Shown: piece after piece, positions 54,693 to 64,000 of the stretch
Layout: every line of letters begins with the position of its first letter
How positions within the stretch are numbered: position 1 is the first letter of the stretch
Source of the DNA: Candidatus Xenobia bacterium
GTDB lineage: Bacteria; Vulcanimicrobiota; CADAWZ01
Length of the DNA: 64,000 nucleotides
Reading direction: 5' to 3'
NCBI GenBank assembly: GCA_031551355.1
Contig: JAVBNT010000003.1
Location: forward strand, 1,520 to 65,519
Position numbers and translations under genes: made by a program
Notes under the pieces: generated by a model
Seen by the model: only the letters and a program-made list of their open reading frames with translations
What the model was told of the DNA's origin: nothing
The model's database searches: none

Positions 54693-56177
54693 TTATCTGC
54701 TGAAAACGAACACATTCTCGGAGTCGGGCGATACAAACATTGTGAAAGTTGACGTCCCGTCGCTTAAAATATACAGTCCGCTGTCCATAGCTCCGTTAGC
54801 AGCCCAATTTTTAGTGCCTGCATCGTATGTCAGCACATAAGTAGAGCCTTGTACCATTGATGGCTTTAGAGCGGCAATTCTTATGGCATAAAAAATCTGA
54901 ATCTGAGAGAGTGAACCGTCATTGGCAAAAATCTGAGCCCGGAAATCAGCGTTCTGACTTCTGGAGAATTCAAGCTGGGCAGTTCCCTTTTCATAACCGT
55001 TAATATTTTGTCCGGAGACGGTGATTGGAAGCTCCTGGGTAGAAACGGAAGGAACCGAAACCAAATAGTTGCCGTTGGGAAGGCTAAAGTATATATAACC
55101 GTCGTCATAGGAAAGAGGTTCGGCAACGACATCGCCCGTACTGCTGTCCTTTATAACCGCCTGAGCGAATAATACCGGCAAAGATGCGGAATCCGTAATC
55201 CGGACCCTGTGATGGTAAGTCAGCGTAGCGGCGAGCTGAACATTAGGATTAGAGGTTGTAATATCAAGATCATACTTGAAATATTTGTTGGGATAGAGTT
55301 CATAATCATTATAGTGGAAGAAAGAATATCTTCCCGCAGGGACATTCGTATAGGTAACGACTCCGCCTACCGGCTTCAGCTGTTTTGAATAGAATGACGG
55401 ACCGACAATAGAGCCATAGCTGAGAAGACCGAACCAATGATTAAGGTCATCACCGCTCAAACCGTTAAGGGTTACGGTTACGGAAGGTATTATTGCTCTT
55501 GCAAACTGATAAACGCCTTTTGAAGAAGAAGAAACGGTAACCGGTTTCGAATCCGTTGAATATCCGGGGATTGTCAGCAGATAGTTTCCATCGGGAACAG
55601 CATCAATAACAACTGTTTTGCCGGTAATTTCAGCAGAAATCGGATTAACACCGCCGGAAAGCGACAGCCTGGCCCCTAAAAAAGCGCTGTTACACTGATC
55701 AACAATTGAAAGCTCAACTCTGCTGTAATTAATAAGAACAATTTCTTCCACTACCGCAGGCTCATCATAGGTCACGGCAACATTCGTGGAGAAAACAACA
55801 TTATCATTGACGATAGCGGATAGTGAATAGCTTCCAAGGGGAACATCTTCAAATGAATAATACCCGTCGGCATCTGAAAAAGTGGAGGCAAAAACAGAGC
55901 TGTTAAGGCTCCTTGCCTTTGCACCGTATTCTAGTTCAACAAGAGCATCGGCGATGGGCTCACCATCAGCATACACAACTCTGCCGCTTACCGTGTTGGA
56001 ATCGGCTACCGGCTGGGTTGTTACAACCGGATCCGAACCGGAAGACGGTGACGGCTGAACATATGGATTGCCCGAAACAGAAAAAGAACCTGATCCGGAG
56101 CCGGAACTGCAGCCGGTGATAAAAAGCATTACCGCGAACACAAAACACATTAAAAACAAGATAGTTATTTTTTTCAT
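54693..56177 (-). CDS. Large lipoprotein with carboxypeptidase-regulatory-like repeats (paralog of 50333-51781)
   Basis: ATG 56177 follows GGAGGGAA. Lipobox FITGC. GRVVYADGEPIADALVELEYG...SDADGYYSFEDVPLGSYSLSA module. Confidence 0.65.
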   Translation of the reverse strand: MKKITILFLMCFVFAVMLFITGCSSGSGSGSFSVSGNPYVQPSPSSGSDPVVTTQPVADSNTVSGRVVYADGEPIADALVELEYGAKARSLNSSVFASTFSDADGYYSFEDVPLGSYSLSAIVNDNVVFSTNVAVTYDEPAVVEEIVLINYSRVELSIVDQCNSAFLGARLSLSGGVNPISAEITGKTVVIDAVPDGNYLLTIPGYSTDSKPVTVSSSSKGVYQFARAIIPSVTVTLNGLSGDDLNHWFGLLSYGSIVGPSFYSKQLKPVGGVVTYTNVPAGRYSFFHYNDYELYPNKYFKYDLDITTSNPNVQLAATLTYHHRVRITDSASLPVLFAQAVIKDSSTGDVVAEPLSYDDGYIYFSLPNGNYLVSVPSVSTQELPITVSGQNINGYEKGTAQLEFSRSQNADFRAQIFANDGSLSQIQIFYAIRIAALKPSMVQGSTYVLTYDAGTKNWAANGAMDSGLYILSDGTSTFTMFVSPDSENVFVFSR

Positions 56178-56341
56178 AAATTCCCTCCAAATATTTTTTA
56201 TTCCAATTTTTAGCTTCAAAAATTTTAGCACTAAGGCGATTATAGTATATTGTTAACAAAAAAGCAATACTTTTTTAACATTTTTGTAAAATATTTTTAA
56301 CATTGTTTACATTTTGTTAACAAATATTAAAAAATAATAAC

Positions 56342-56375
56342 AAAAAAGCGTTATCAGACATTGTCGGATAACGCC
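56342..56375 (-). terminator. Rho-independent terminator after kdpE
   Basis: Minus strand: GGCGTTATCCGACAATGTCTGATAACGCTTTTTT. Confidence 0.75.
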
Positions 56376-56422
56376 AAATTCGTTAAATATTTTTAAGAAA
56401 ATTATCAAAAGCAACAGAAATG

Positions 56423-57109
56423 CTAAAAGTCAGCCATTCGGTAACCGACACCAACCTCCGTGACAATATATTCTGGCTGGGCGGGATTTTTCTCTATTTT
56501 TCGTCTTATATTAGCCATATTGACTCTCAGAGCCTGGTTATCATTTTCATAAGGGCCCCATATTTCCCTGAGAATATAATCATGCGTCAGTGTTTTGCCG
56601 ATATTCTTAGACATCAGGGAAACGATTTTGTATTCAATAGGAGTTAAATGTACAGGCTCACCATTCAGACTTACAACTCTTTTTTCAAAATCAATAAGCA
56701 AATTGCCGATATTGACAGCCTGAGTCATCAAAACATCAACATTATGCCTGAAATTTGCATGCCGCAAAGCCGTCCTGATCCTCGCCAGAAATTCCGAAGA
56801 ACCAAAAGGTTTTGTAATATAATCATCGGCACCCAAATCAAAAGCCCTAACCTTCTCGCGCTCCTGCTCCCTTGCGGAAACAACAATTACGGGGACGGAT
56901 GAGAATTCCCTTATCCGTCCCAGGACATCAAGTCCATCCTGATCCGGCAGTCCCAAATCAAGAAGTACAATATCCGGCGGATGAGAGGCAACAAGCGAAA
57001 CGGCTTCGCGTCCGCTGCCGGCAACAACAAGATGATAGTCGACAGATTTGAAAATAGCTTTGACAAGGTTTATTATGTTAGCCTCATCTTCTACCAGCAA
57101 TACAGTCAT
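56423..57109 (-). CDS. kdpE: Response regulator KdpE (OmpR family)
   Basis: Receiver domain LLVEDE...DLGLPDQDG, winged-helix C-terminus. Adjacent to kdpD. The start could also be 57124. Confidence 0.85.
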   Translation of the reverse strand: MTVLLVEDEANIINLVKAIFKSVDYHLVVAGSGREAVSLVASHPPDIVLLDLGLPDQDGLDVLGRIREFSSVPVIVVSAREQEREKVRAFDLGADDYITKPFGSSEFLARIRTALRHANFRHNVDVLMTQAVNIGNLLIDFEKRVVSLNGEPVHLTPIEYKIVSLMSKNIGKTLTHDYILREIWGPYENDNQALRVNMANIRRKIEKNPAQPEYIVTEVGVGYRMADF

Positions 57110-57129
57110 CGGCAAAATAATCACTCCTT

Positions 57130-59799
57130 TTACAAAGGCAGGGTAAATCTAAAAATGGCTCCGCCTTCCGGCCTGTTAGCCGCATGCATTTCGCCGCCAT
57201 GCGCTTTTATTATCGACATACAAATAGACAAGCCGATGCCCATTCCACGCGACCTGTCCCCTACTCTGTCTTCCACGGACATTTTGCCTTCAAATAAATG
57301 AGGCAAGTCGTCGGCCGGGACACCTTCCCCCTCGTCAAAGACTTCAAACACAGCGCTAGATCCGCTTCTACGCACCACAACATCCACTTTCGCAGAAGCT
57401 GAAGAATTTTTTATTGCATTTTCCAGTAAATTCATAATGACCTGAATAATTAACGTTGCGTCCATCGGCACCATTAAAAGTTCCTCAGGAGACTTTGCCA
57501 GTATAATGCGAGCAGGGAAATGCCTCTTTGTCCTGCTTATGGCCTCGGCAATAATCTCCTCGGCAGCTTCCGGCATTTTATCCACACTTAAATTATCACC
57601 TTTAATACGCGTAACCGACAGCAAATTCTCTACCATGCGAATCAACCATTGGGAATCATCCCTGATACCGCCGAGAAGTTCCCTTGTAGAATCATCACCG
57701 GCATCACAGCCATTTTCAAGCAGCAATGAACTTGCTCCTGCAATACTTGTTAAAGGGGTACGCAGATCATGGGAGATAGCCCGCAGCAAATTAGCGCGCA
57801 TTTTCTCCTTTTCGGCATCAAAAGCTACGCAGTGCTGCTGCTGAGACAAATATTCGCGCTCAAGGGCTATGGCAATCAAAGAACCGAGGATCTCAAAAAA
57901 ATTACGATCGTAAGTTGTCAGGGACTTACTTCCGGGACAGGAAAGTCCCATTACGCCCAAAACTTTTCCATGGGACATCAAAGGCATATAAAAAGCGTCG
58001 GCACCCATCAAAGTATCAGTTCCCGCTCCTGCCGGTTTTTGATTAACAAAAGTCCAGTGGGCAACAGCTTTTTCGTCCGGCAGCATCAGAAACGATGAAT
58101 CAGGCTCCGCGGCAGACTGTTTTAAGACTGCGGGTTCAGCGGATAAAGGATCTTGCGTATAAAAAACAACGGAGCGGCCGAATATATTTACCACATACTC
58201 ATTGGCTAAATCGACAATACCCTTTAAATCGGGAGTTATTAGAAGTTTTTTATTAATACCGTAAAGCACTTCCGTCCGCCGTTCCCTCGAAACCGCCAGC
58301 TCCGCCTGGGCATTGATACGCATTGTCAGCGTGCTTGTGATCAGGGCAATAATCAGCATAATGGCAAAAGTAACAGGATATCCTGCTCTGATAGCATCAA
58401 AAGTATAGATAGGGTCGGTGAAAAAGAAATTAAAACAAAGAACGCTGAGTAAAGAGGCTAAAATTCCATGCAAATAACCGGAGGTTATCCTTGAAATGAT
58501 AAGAACAGAAAGAATATAGAGCATTATAATATTCTGTTCCCCGATACCGAGTGCCGTTAAAATTTCGCAAAAAACCGTTGTCGCCGCCAAAATGGCCGAC
58601 ATTTTGCCAAGATCAGGCCAGGAAATATAAAACGGATATTTCATCACTGCAGATTTTTTTGCCCCGCGCCTGTCCCTTGCCCCCTGTGAGACGATATGAA
58701 TTTCCACCCCTTCAAGCATTCTTATAAGCCGATCTTCAAATCCGGGCTTTAATATATTAGCCGGAGTCCAAATTTTTTTACCGATAACGATATTGGTAAT
58801 TCCCGCTGTGCGGGCGTATTCGGAGACCGTCAACGGGACATCATCGCCATATAAAGTTACTATTTCAGCCCCCAGCCTCTGTGCCAGTTCGATATGTCCC
58901 TGCAATGTTTTTTTATCGGCGTCGGACAAATATACATTATTATGTGTTTCGACATATAAAACAGTCAAAGGGGCATGCATAGCCTCAGCAATTCTAGCCG
59001 ACCAGCGTATACATCTTGCGGATGAAGGAGCACTGCTTATACAGACTAAAAATTTCATTGCCGCCGATTTTGCAGGTGATTTACTGCTTTCAAAACCATC
59101 CTGGCTCACCCTGTCGGCAGATTTGCGCATGGAAATTTCCCGGAGACTTCTCAGATTCTCTTTGGAAAAAAACTTCTTCATAGCAGTCTCGGCACGTTCA
59201 GGAGCGTATACCTTGCCGCTTTCAAAACGCTTCAGAAGCTCTTCAGGGGAAATATCTATAAGTTTTATATCAGAGCGTTCAAAAATAAAATCCGGCACCG
59301 TTTCACGGACGTTAATGCCGGTAATATCCATTATGACATCATTAAGGCTCTCAATATGCTGAACATTAACCGCCGTATACACGTCAATTCCGGCAAGCAA
59401 AAGCTCCTCAACATCCTGATAGCGCTTTTTGTTGCGGCATCCGGCCGCATTCGTGTGAGCCAATTCATCAACAAGGACAATTTCCGGCCGCTTTTTGAGA
59501 GCGGCATCCAGATCAAATTCCTTCAAGGTTATATTTTTATAGGGGATTACCGCCGGCGGCAGCAAAACAAGTCCGTCAAGCAGCTGCATTGTTTCCGGGC
59601 GCGTATGAGGTTCAATATAGCCGACAAGAACATCCTTTCCGGCTTTAGACTGCAGATGAGCTTCTTCAAGCATCGCATAGGTTTTTCCGACACCGGCGGC
59701 ATAGCCAAAAAAAATACGCAAACGGCCGCTGCTGCTTCCCTCCTTATTAACGGCAGCAAGCAGAGCATCCGGATCCGGTCTAAATTCTTCCATTAGCAA
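57130..59799 (-). CDS. kdpD: Sensor histidine kinase KdpD
   Basis: N-terminal KdpD domain (RLRIFFGYAAGVGKTYAML), USP-like region, 4 TM helices, GAF-like region, HDLRTPL H-box and ATPase domain. Confidence 0.9.
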   Translation of the reverse strand: MLMEEFRPDPDALLAAVNKEGSSSGRLRIFFGYAAGVGKTYAMLEEAHLQSKAGKDVLVGYIEPHTRPETMQLLDGLVLLPPAVIPYKNITLKEFDLDAALKKRPEIVLVDELAHTNAAGCRNKKRYQDVEELLLAGIDVYTAVNVQHIESLNDVIMDITGINVRETVPDFIFERSDIKLIDISPEELLKRFESGKVYAPERAETAMKKFFSKENLRSLREISMRKSADRVSQDGFESSKSPAKSAAMKFLVCISSAPSSARCIRWSARIAEAMHAPLTVLYVETHNNVYLSDADKKTLQGHIELAQRLGAEIVTLYGDDVPLTVSEYARTAGITNIVIGKKIWTPANILKPGFEDRLIRMLEGVEIHIVSQGARDRRGAKKSAVMKYPFYISWPDLGKMSAILAATTVFCEILTALGIGEQNIIMLYILSVLIISRITSGYLHGILASLLSVLCFNFFFTDPIYTFDAIRAGYPVTFAIMLIIALITSTLTMRINAQAELAVSRERRTEVLYGINKKLLITPDLKGIVDLANEYVVNIFGRSVVFYTQDPLSAEPAVLKQSAAEPDSSFLMLPDEKAVAHWTFVNQKPAGAGTDTLMGADAFYMPLMSHGKVLGVMGLSCPGSKSLTTYDRNFFEILGSLIAIALEREYLSQQQHCVAFDAEKEKMRANLLRAISHDLRTPLTSIAGASSLLLENGCDAGDDSTRELLGGIRDDSQWLIRMVENLLSVTRIKGDNLSVDKMPEAAEEIIAEAISRTKRHFPARIILAKSPEELLMVPMDATLIIQVIMNLLENAIKNSSASAKVDVVVRRSGSSAVFEVFDEGEGVPADDLPHLFEGKMSVEDRVGDRSRGMGIGLSICMSIIKAHGGEMHAANRPEGGAIFRFTLPL

Positions 59800-59812
59800 T
59801 CACCACCATACA

Positions 59813-60376
59813 CTAAATCAATCCGTCAAGAGCCAAATTTACCATCAGAACGTTTACACGGGACTCTCCCCAAAAACCAAGAATACGGCCGGCTGTAAAA
59901 CGCTTTACAAGAACCCTGACGTAATCTTCCGTCATCCCGCGCTCCGATGCTATACGCCTTATCTGATATTCCGCGGCTTCAGGGGAAATATAGGCATCTA
60001 CACCGCTTGCCGATGAAGTAACCAAATCCGACGGGACAGGCGTTTCTTTGTCATCATTAAATCTATGCCACCAATCAACACGCTCAGCCACCCGATTTTT
60101 CTGCTCCTTACCGGCAGGAGACAAATAGGAAACCTCCATTGGCCTGCCGATCAGATATTTGGGAGAAGTAAATTTCTGTCCTATAAGGCTGCTGCCAACT
60201 TCCTTTTTTTGTCCGCCGGCAGTTGTGCTCACACTTACAATACTGCCGTTTGCCTTATGTTTGAAAAAGACCTGCGCAGCAAATGTAACGGCAGCGGTAT
60301 AAATTACACCACAAATTAAAGTCATTATTAAAAAACAATATAAAGCCGGTCTAACCGCTTTCCATATCTTTTGCAT
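59813..60376 (-). CDS. kdpC: K+-transporting ATPase subunit C
   Basis: MQKIWKAVRPALYCFLIMTLICGVIYT, SSASGVDAYISPEAAEYQ. Its position after kdpB fits. Confidence 0.85.
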   Translation of the reverse strand: MQKIWKAVRPALYCFLIMTLICGVIYTAAVTFAAQVFFKHKANGSIVSVSTTAGGQKKEVGSSLIGQKFTSPKYLIGRPMEVSYLSPAGKEQKNRVAERVDWWHRFNDDKETPVPSDLVTSSASGVDAYISPEAAEYQIRRIASERGMTEDYVRVLVKRFTAGRILGFWGESRVNVLMVNLALDGLI

Positions 60377-60401
60377 AAAAACACCTCTGTCCTGCAACCG
60401 G

Positions 60402-62459
60402 TTATATGCCGAATAATGCAAGCACCATATCGAGCAGCTTGATCACTATAAACGGAGCCATTAATCCGCCGAAGCCGTATAAAAAAACGTTGTGCGCCAA
60501 TAGTTTTGCGGCGGGCATTTCTCTGTAGGCAACCCCCTTAAGCGACAACGGAATCAAAGCTATTATTATCAGGGCATTATATAATACCGCGGAAAGAATG
60601 GCACTATGTTCACTATTAAGGCCCATAATATTAAGTGAAATAAGCTGAGGATAAATGCCAAAAAACAATACGGGGATGATGGCAAAATATTTTGCCACAT
60701 CATTGGCAACACTAAAAGTAGTCAATGCCCCTCTCGTCATTAAAAGCTGCTTGCCTATACGCACTATCTCAATAAGTTTAGTCGGGCTGGAATCCAAATC
60801 AACCATGTTTCCCGCCTCTTTAGCAGCCTGGGTGCCGCTGTTCATCGCAACGGCGACATCAGCCTGTGCCAAAGCCGGGGCATCATTTGTTCCGTCCCCG
60901 GTCATTGCCACCAAATGCCCCCTGACCTGATAGTCCCTTATAAGCGCAAGCTTGGCTTCCGGCGTAGCTTCGGCCAAAAAATCATCGACTCCGGCCTCCG
61001 CCGCAATCGCCGCGGCAGTCATGGGGTTGTCCCCGGTGATCATTATTGTCTTTATGCCCATCTTGCGAAGATCGCCAAAACGTTCCCTTACTCCGTTCTT
61101 AACAATATCTTTTAAATAAATAACACCTAAAACACGGTTATTAATCACGACAACAAGAGGCGTTCCCCCGGACGAAGCAACCCTGGCAACGATTTCATCA
61201 CATTCATCAGGATAAGGCCATCCATTTTCCCGGACATACGATTTAACGGCATCGGCAGCTCCCTTACGTATTTTATTATCCCCGTAATCAACGCCGCTCA
61301 TTCTTGTTTTTGCACTAAACTCTATAAAACGGGCACCAAGCGCCGCCAAATCTCTGCCTCTTATACCAAACAGCTTTTTTGCCAGCACTACAATACTGCG
61401 TCCTTCGGCAGTCTCATCGGCAATCGAAGACAATTGAGCCGCATCGGCAAGTTCCTGCTGCGATACGCCGCTTACAGGCAAAAACTCACTGGCCTGTCTG
61501 TTACCCAAAGTAATCGTACCGGTTTTATCAAGAAGAAGGATATCAACGTCTCCGGCAGCTTCTATCGCACGTCCGCTCATAGCCAACACATTAGCCCGGT
61601 TTAAACGGCTCATTCCCGCGATGCCTATTGAAGACAGCAAAGCGCCGATTGTCGTAGGCGCAAGGCAGACAAGCAAGGCGATAACATTCGTCAGCGAAAT
61701 CATCTTCCCGGAAGAAGCCTGCATGCAGGCAAAACGGGTGAAGGGCAGCAAAGTCACGGTCACAACAATAAAAATTACCGTCAGGGTAACAAGAAGGATC
61801 TGCAGCGCTATTTCATTAGGGGTTTTCTTTCGCGATGCCCCCTCTACCATAGCGATCATTTTGTCAAGAAAACTCTCTCCCGCTTCGGCGGTGATGCGGA
61901 TAACCAGCCAGTCGGAAATTAAAAGAGTCCCACCGGTAACAGCACTTCTGTCGCCGCCGGACTCACGTATAACGGGAGCCGATTCACCGGTTATGGCACT
62001 TTCATCAACAGAAGCAACCCCGTCAATAACCTCTCCGTCCATAGGAATCTGCTCTCCCGCTTCCACAAACACAATATCACCGGTTTTCAACAATGTTGAA
62101 TCGACAAAGGTAAAAATACTATGCTCTTCGGGCTTTTCAAGCTTTCTGGCCTTAACATCTTTTTTAGCCGAACGCAACGCAGCAGCCTGCGCTTTCCCGC
62201 GCCCTTCCGCAATAGCTTCGGCAAAATTTGCAAATAAAACAGTAAACCAAAGTATCAGGGAAATAGAAAAGACATAAGCCGGATTCTCCCGCGAAACGCC
62301 AAGCAATGCAAGCACCCATATGACGCCCGTTATCAAAGCACCTATATAAACAACCATCATTACAGGATTTTCAGCCTGAACTTTAGGAGAAAGTTTGATA
62401 AAACTGTCTTTCATGGCTTCAAGCAAAACGGAGCCCTGATTTTCCTTCATAAATGCCAT
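60402..62459 (-). CDS. kdpB: K+-transporting P-type ATPase subunit B
   Basis: [27 protein letters not shown]. 685 aa. Confidence 0.95.
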   Translation of the reverse strand: MAFMKENQGSVLLEAMKDSFIKLSPKVQAENPVMMVVYIGALITGVIWVLALLGVSRENPAYVFSISLILWFTVLFANFAEAIAEGRGKAQAAALRSAKKDVKARKLEKPEEHSIFTFVDSTLLKTGDIVFVEAGEQIPMDGEVIDGVASVDESAITGESAPVIRESGGDRSAVTGGTLLISDWLVIRITAEAGESFLDKMIAMVEGASRKKTPNEIALQILLVTLTVIFIVVTVTLLPFTRFACMQASSGKMISLTNVIALLVCLAPTTIGALLSSIGIAGMSRLNRANVLAMSGRAIEAAGDVDILLLDKTGTITLGNRQASEFLPVSGVSQQELADAAQLSSIADETAEGRSIVVLAKKLFGIRGRDLAALGARFIEFSAKTRMSGVDYGDNKIRKGAADAVKSYVRENGWPYPDECDEIVARVASSGGTPLVVVINNRVLGVIYLKDIVKNGVRERFGDLRKMGIKTIMITGDNPMTAAAIAAEAGVDDFLAEATPEAKLALIRDYQVRGHLVAMTGDGTNDAPALAQADVAVAMNSGTQAAKEAGNMVDLDSSPTKLIEIVRIGKQLLMTRGALTTFSVANDVAKYFAIIPVLFFGIYPQLISLNIMGLNSEHSAILSAVLYNALIIIALIPLSLKGVAYREMPAAKLLAHNVFLYGFGGLMAPFIVIKLLDMVLALFGI

Positions 62460-62465
62460 GCCTTT

Positions 62466-62690
62466 CTAAAAACGAATATAATATTCCGCACCGGGAAAAA
62501 AGGCCAAATCAGGACAAAAGCTCAATGAAGCCACCAGCATTATCACAGCCAGCAGTAAAATAGCCGCGGCAACCGAAATACCGGTCTGTATAAGCATCCT
62601 CATAAAATCTCTGTTACGCATTTTTTTCAAAGAAGCGGTAAGACTAATTTTCATAAAGCGAATAACGGCAGGATTCCTTTTACCCTTCAT
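62466..62690 (-). CDS. Small single-TM protein whose C-terminal 30 aa duplicate the C-terminus of KdpA
   Basis: [30 protein letters not shown] matches the KdpA end [30 protein letters not shown]. It has its own AGGAGA SD. DNA similarity between 62466-62560 and 62703-62800 is visible. Confidence 0.5.
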   Translation of the reverse strand: MKGKRNPAVIRFMKISLTASLKKMRNRDFMRMLIQTGISVAAAILLLAVIMLVASLSFCPDLAFFPGAEYYIRF

Positions 62691-62702
62691 AACTTTAATC
62701 TC

Positions 62703-64000
62703 CTAAAAACCATTAAGATATTCCGCAATGGGTCCGAGTGCCAGGACAGGCAGAAAACTCAACGCGGCAACGAGCATTATCACGGCGAGCAGAAGAAAAA
62801 CAAACATAAAGTTAGTCGTAGAAAGAGTGCCTTCACCGGAGGCAACGCTTTTTTTCAAAGACAAATTCCCGGCAAGATAAATAACGGCCGTTAAGGGTGC
62901 AAACCTTGCCGCAAGCATAATCAGCGCCCCAAAAACATTTGTAAAAACAGTATTGCCGTTAAAGCCGGCAAAAGAACTGCCGTTGTTATTAGCCATAGAG
63001 GTAAACGCATACAATACCTCGGAAAATCCATGGGGTCCATTATTTGCCAGCCAGGACGGGCATTCGGGCATCATAACAGCCGCAGCTGTTCCTATTAGAG
63101 TTGCCAGCGGCGGGACAAGGACAATTACACAGACCATTTTCATATCAAAGGGCTCAATTTTTTTACCCAGATATTCCGGAGTCCGCCCAATCATCAATCC
63201 GGCGATAAAAACAGTAAGAATAACGAAAGCAATCATCCCGTAAAGCCCGCAGCCGACGCCGCCGAAAACAATCTCACCCAACTGCATCAGAAACATGGCA
63301 ACCATACCGCCCAAAGGTGTCAGGCTGTCATGCATGGAATTCACCGAGCCGTTGGACGATGCTGTAGTGACAACAGACCATAGCGACGATGTCCCCACCC
63401 CATGCATGACCTCCTTCCCCTCCATACTGCCCGACGGCAGTACCCCCATATATTGCGGCGCCAGATAATACTCACTAGCTACAGCGCCGGCCACGGATAA
63501 AAGAAATAGAAAAGCCATCGCAGTATATACGGTTCCCCCCTGACGCATATCATTGACAGCTTTTCCAAAAGTGACGCAAAGTGAAGCCGGTATCAGCAAA
63601 ATAGCCAGCATCTCAAGAAGGTTTGAAACAGGAGTCGGATTCTCAAGCGGATAAGCCGAGTTGGCACCGAAAAAACCACCGCCGTTAGAACCGAGCTGTT
63701 TTATGGAAATCTGGCTCGCCGCCGGTCCCAAAGGAATCTGCACCGGCTTTCCAGCCTCCAGCGCCGCCACTGTTTTATAAGGGGCAAATGTCTGCACAGC
63801 ACCCTCGGCGACAAGAAAAACGGCAAGGACGGCCGACAGAGGAATCAGTAAATACAAAGTGACCCTTGTAAGATCTTTCCAGAAATTTCCGACCGTATCA
63901 GTCTGTTTAGAAACGAAAGATCTTATGAGAACAAATAAAACAGCGATTCCCGTCGCGGCAGATACAAAGTTTTGCACCGTTAGTCCGAGAAACTGCGTCA
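62703..64000 (-). CDS. kdpA: K+-transporting ATPase subunit A (N-terminus outside the window)
   Basis: The frame stays open to the window edge (...[20 protein letters not shown]...), so the track start at 63977 is internal. NGGGFF and NNGSSF selectivity-filter-like motifs. Confidence 0.9.
   Translation of the reverse strand, partial: TQFLGLTVQNFVSAATGIAVLFVLIRSFVSKQTDTVGNFWKDLTRVTLYLLIPLSAVLAVFLVAEGAVQTFAPYKTVAALEAGKPVQIPLGPAASQISIKQLGSNGGGFFGANSAYPLENPTPVSNLLEMLAILLIPASLCVTFGKAVNDMRQGGTVYTAMAFLFLLSVAGAVASEYYLAPQYMGVLPSGSMEGKEVMHGVGTSSLWSVVTTASSNGSVNSMHDSLTPLGGMVAMFLMQLGEIVFGGVGCGLYGMIAFVILTVFIAGLMIGRTPEYLGKKIEPFDMKMVCVIVLVPPLATLIGTAAAVMMPECPSWLANNGPHGFSEVLYAFTSMANNNGSSFAGFNGNTVFTNVFGALIMLAARFAPLTAVIYLAGNLSLKKSVASGEGTLSTTNFMFVFLLLAVIMLVAALSFLPVLALGPIAEYLNGF

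Overview
This 64-kb window comes from a moderately AT-rich, probably anaerobic bacterium. The evidence for that lifestyle is butyrate kinase/phosphate butyryltransferase, Fe-S proteins, a rubrerythrin fusion and selenium-utilisation genes. It uses the standard code: TGA is a normal stop, for example in the TGATG overlap at 3380-3384 and the ATGA overlap at 16249-16252.

Gene content from start to end:
- tex 3' end and a transaldolase-like gene.
- An ABC ATPase with two paralogous permease-M1 metallopeptidase fusions.
- A GH13 amylase.
- A minus-strand block: amidohydrolase, M49-like peptidase, Cys-rich protein, radical SAM/SPASM enzyme, TldD, TldE, TetR.
- An FHA / TolB-like / M28 block.
- mnmA, cysE, cysK.
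- A selenium cluster: yedF, DUF3343 and selD, where selD has an in-frame UGA that the ORF track missed.
- HD-GYP, ptb, buk.
- A histidine ammonia-lyase homolog, tRNA-Ser(UGA), an aldo/keto reductase and a class D beta-lactamase.
- An odd Met/Gln/His-rich repeat protein and large lipoprotein paralogs.
- A decayed IS3-family element.
- kdpE, kdpD, kdpC, kdpB and kdpA (kdpA runs off the window).

Intergenic DNA is saturated with several families of long palindromic MITE/REP-like elements. They are often nested inside one another and sit right against gene 3' ends.

Most interesting calls:
1. Two adjacent paralogous small exported proteins. In each, a signal peptide ending in Cys is followed by an in-frame TGA and a SECIS-like hairpin. 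These are candidate new selenoproteins.
2. A radical SAM/SPASM + Cys-rich partner + TldD/TldE + TetR locus with no visible precursor gene.
3. Russian-doll nested MITEs with a visible target-site duplication.

All coordinates, motif counts and hairpins were worked out by hand from the sequence. No database search was run.
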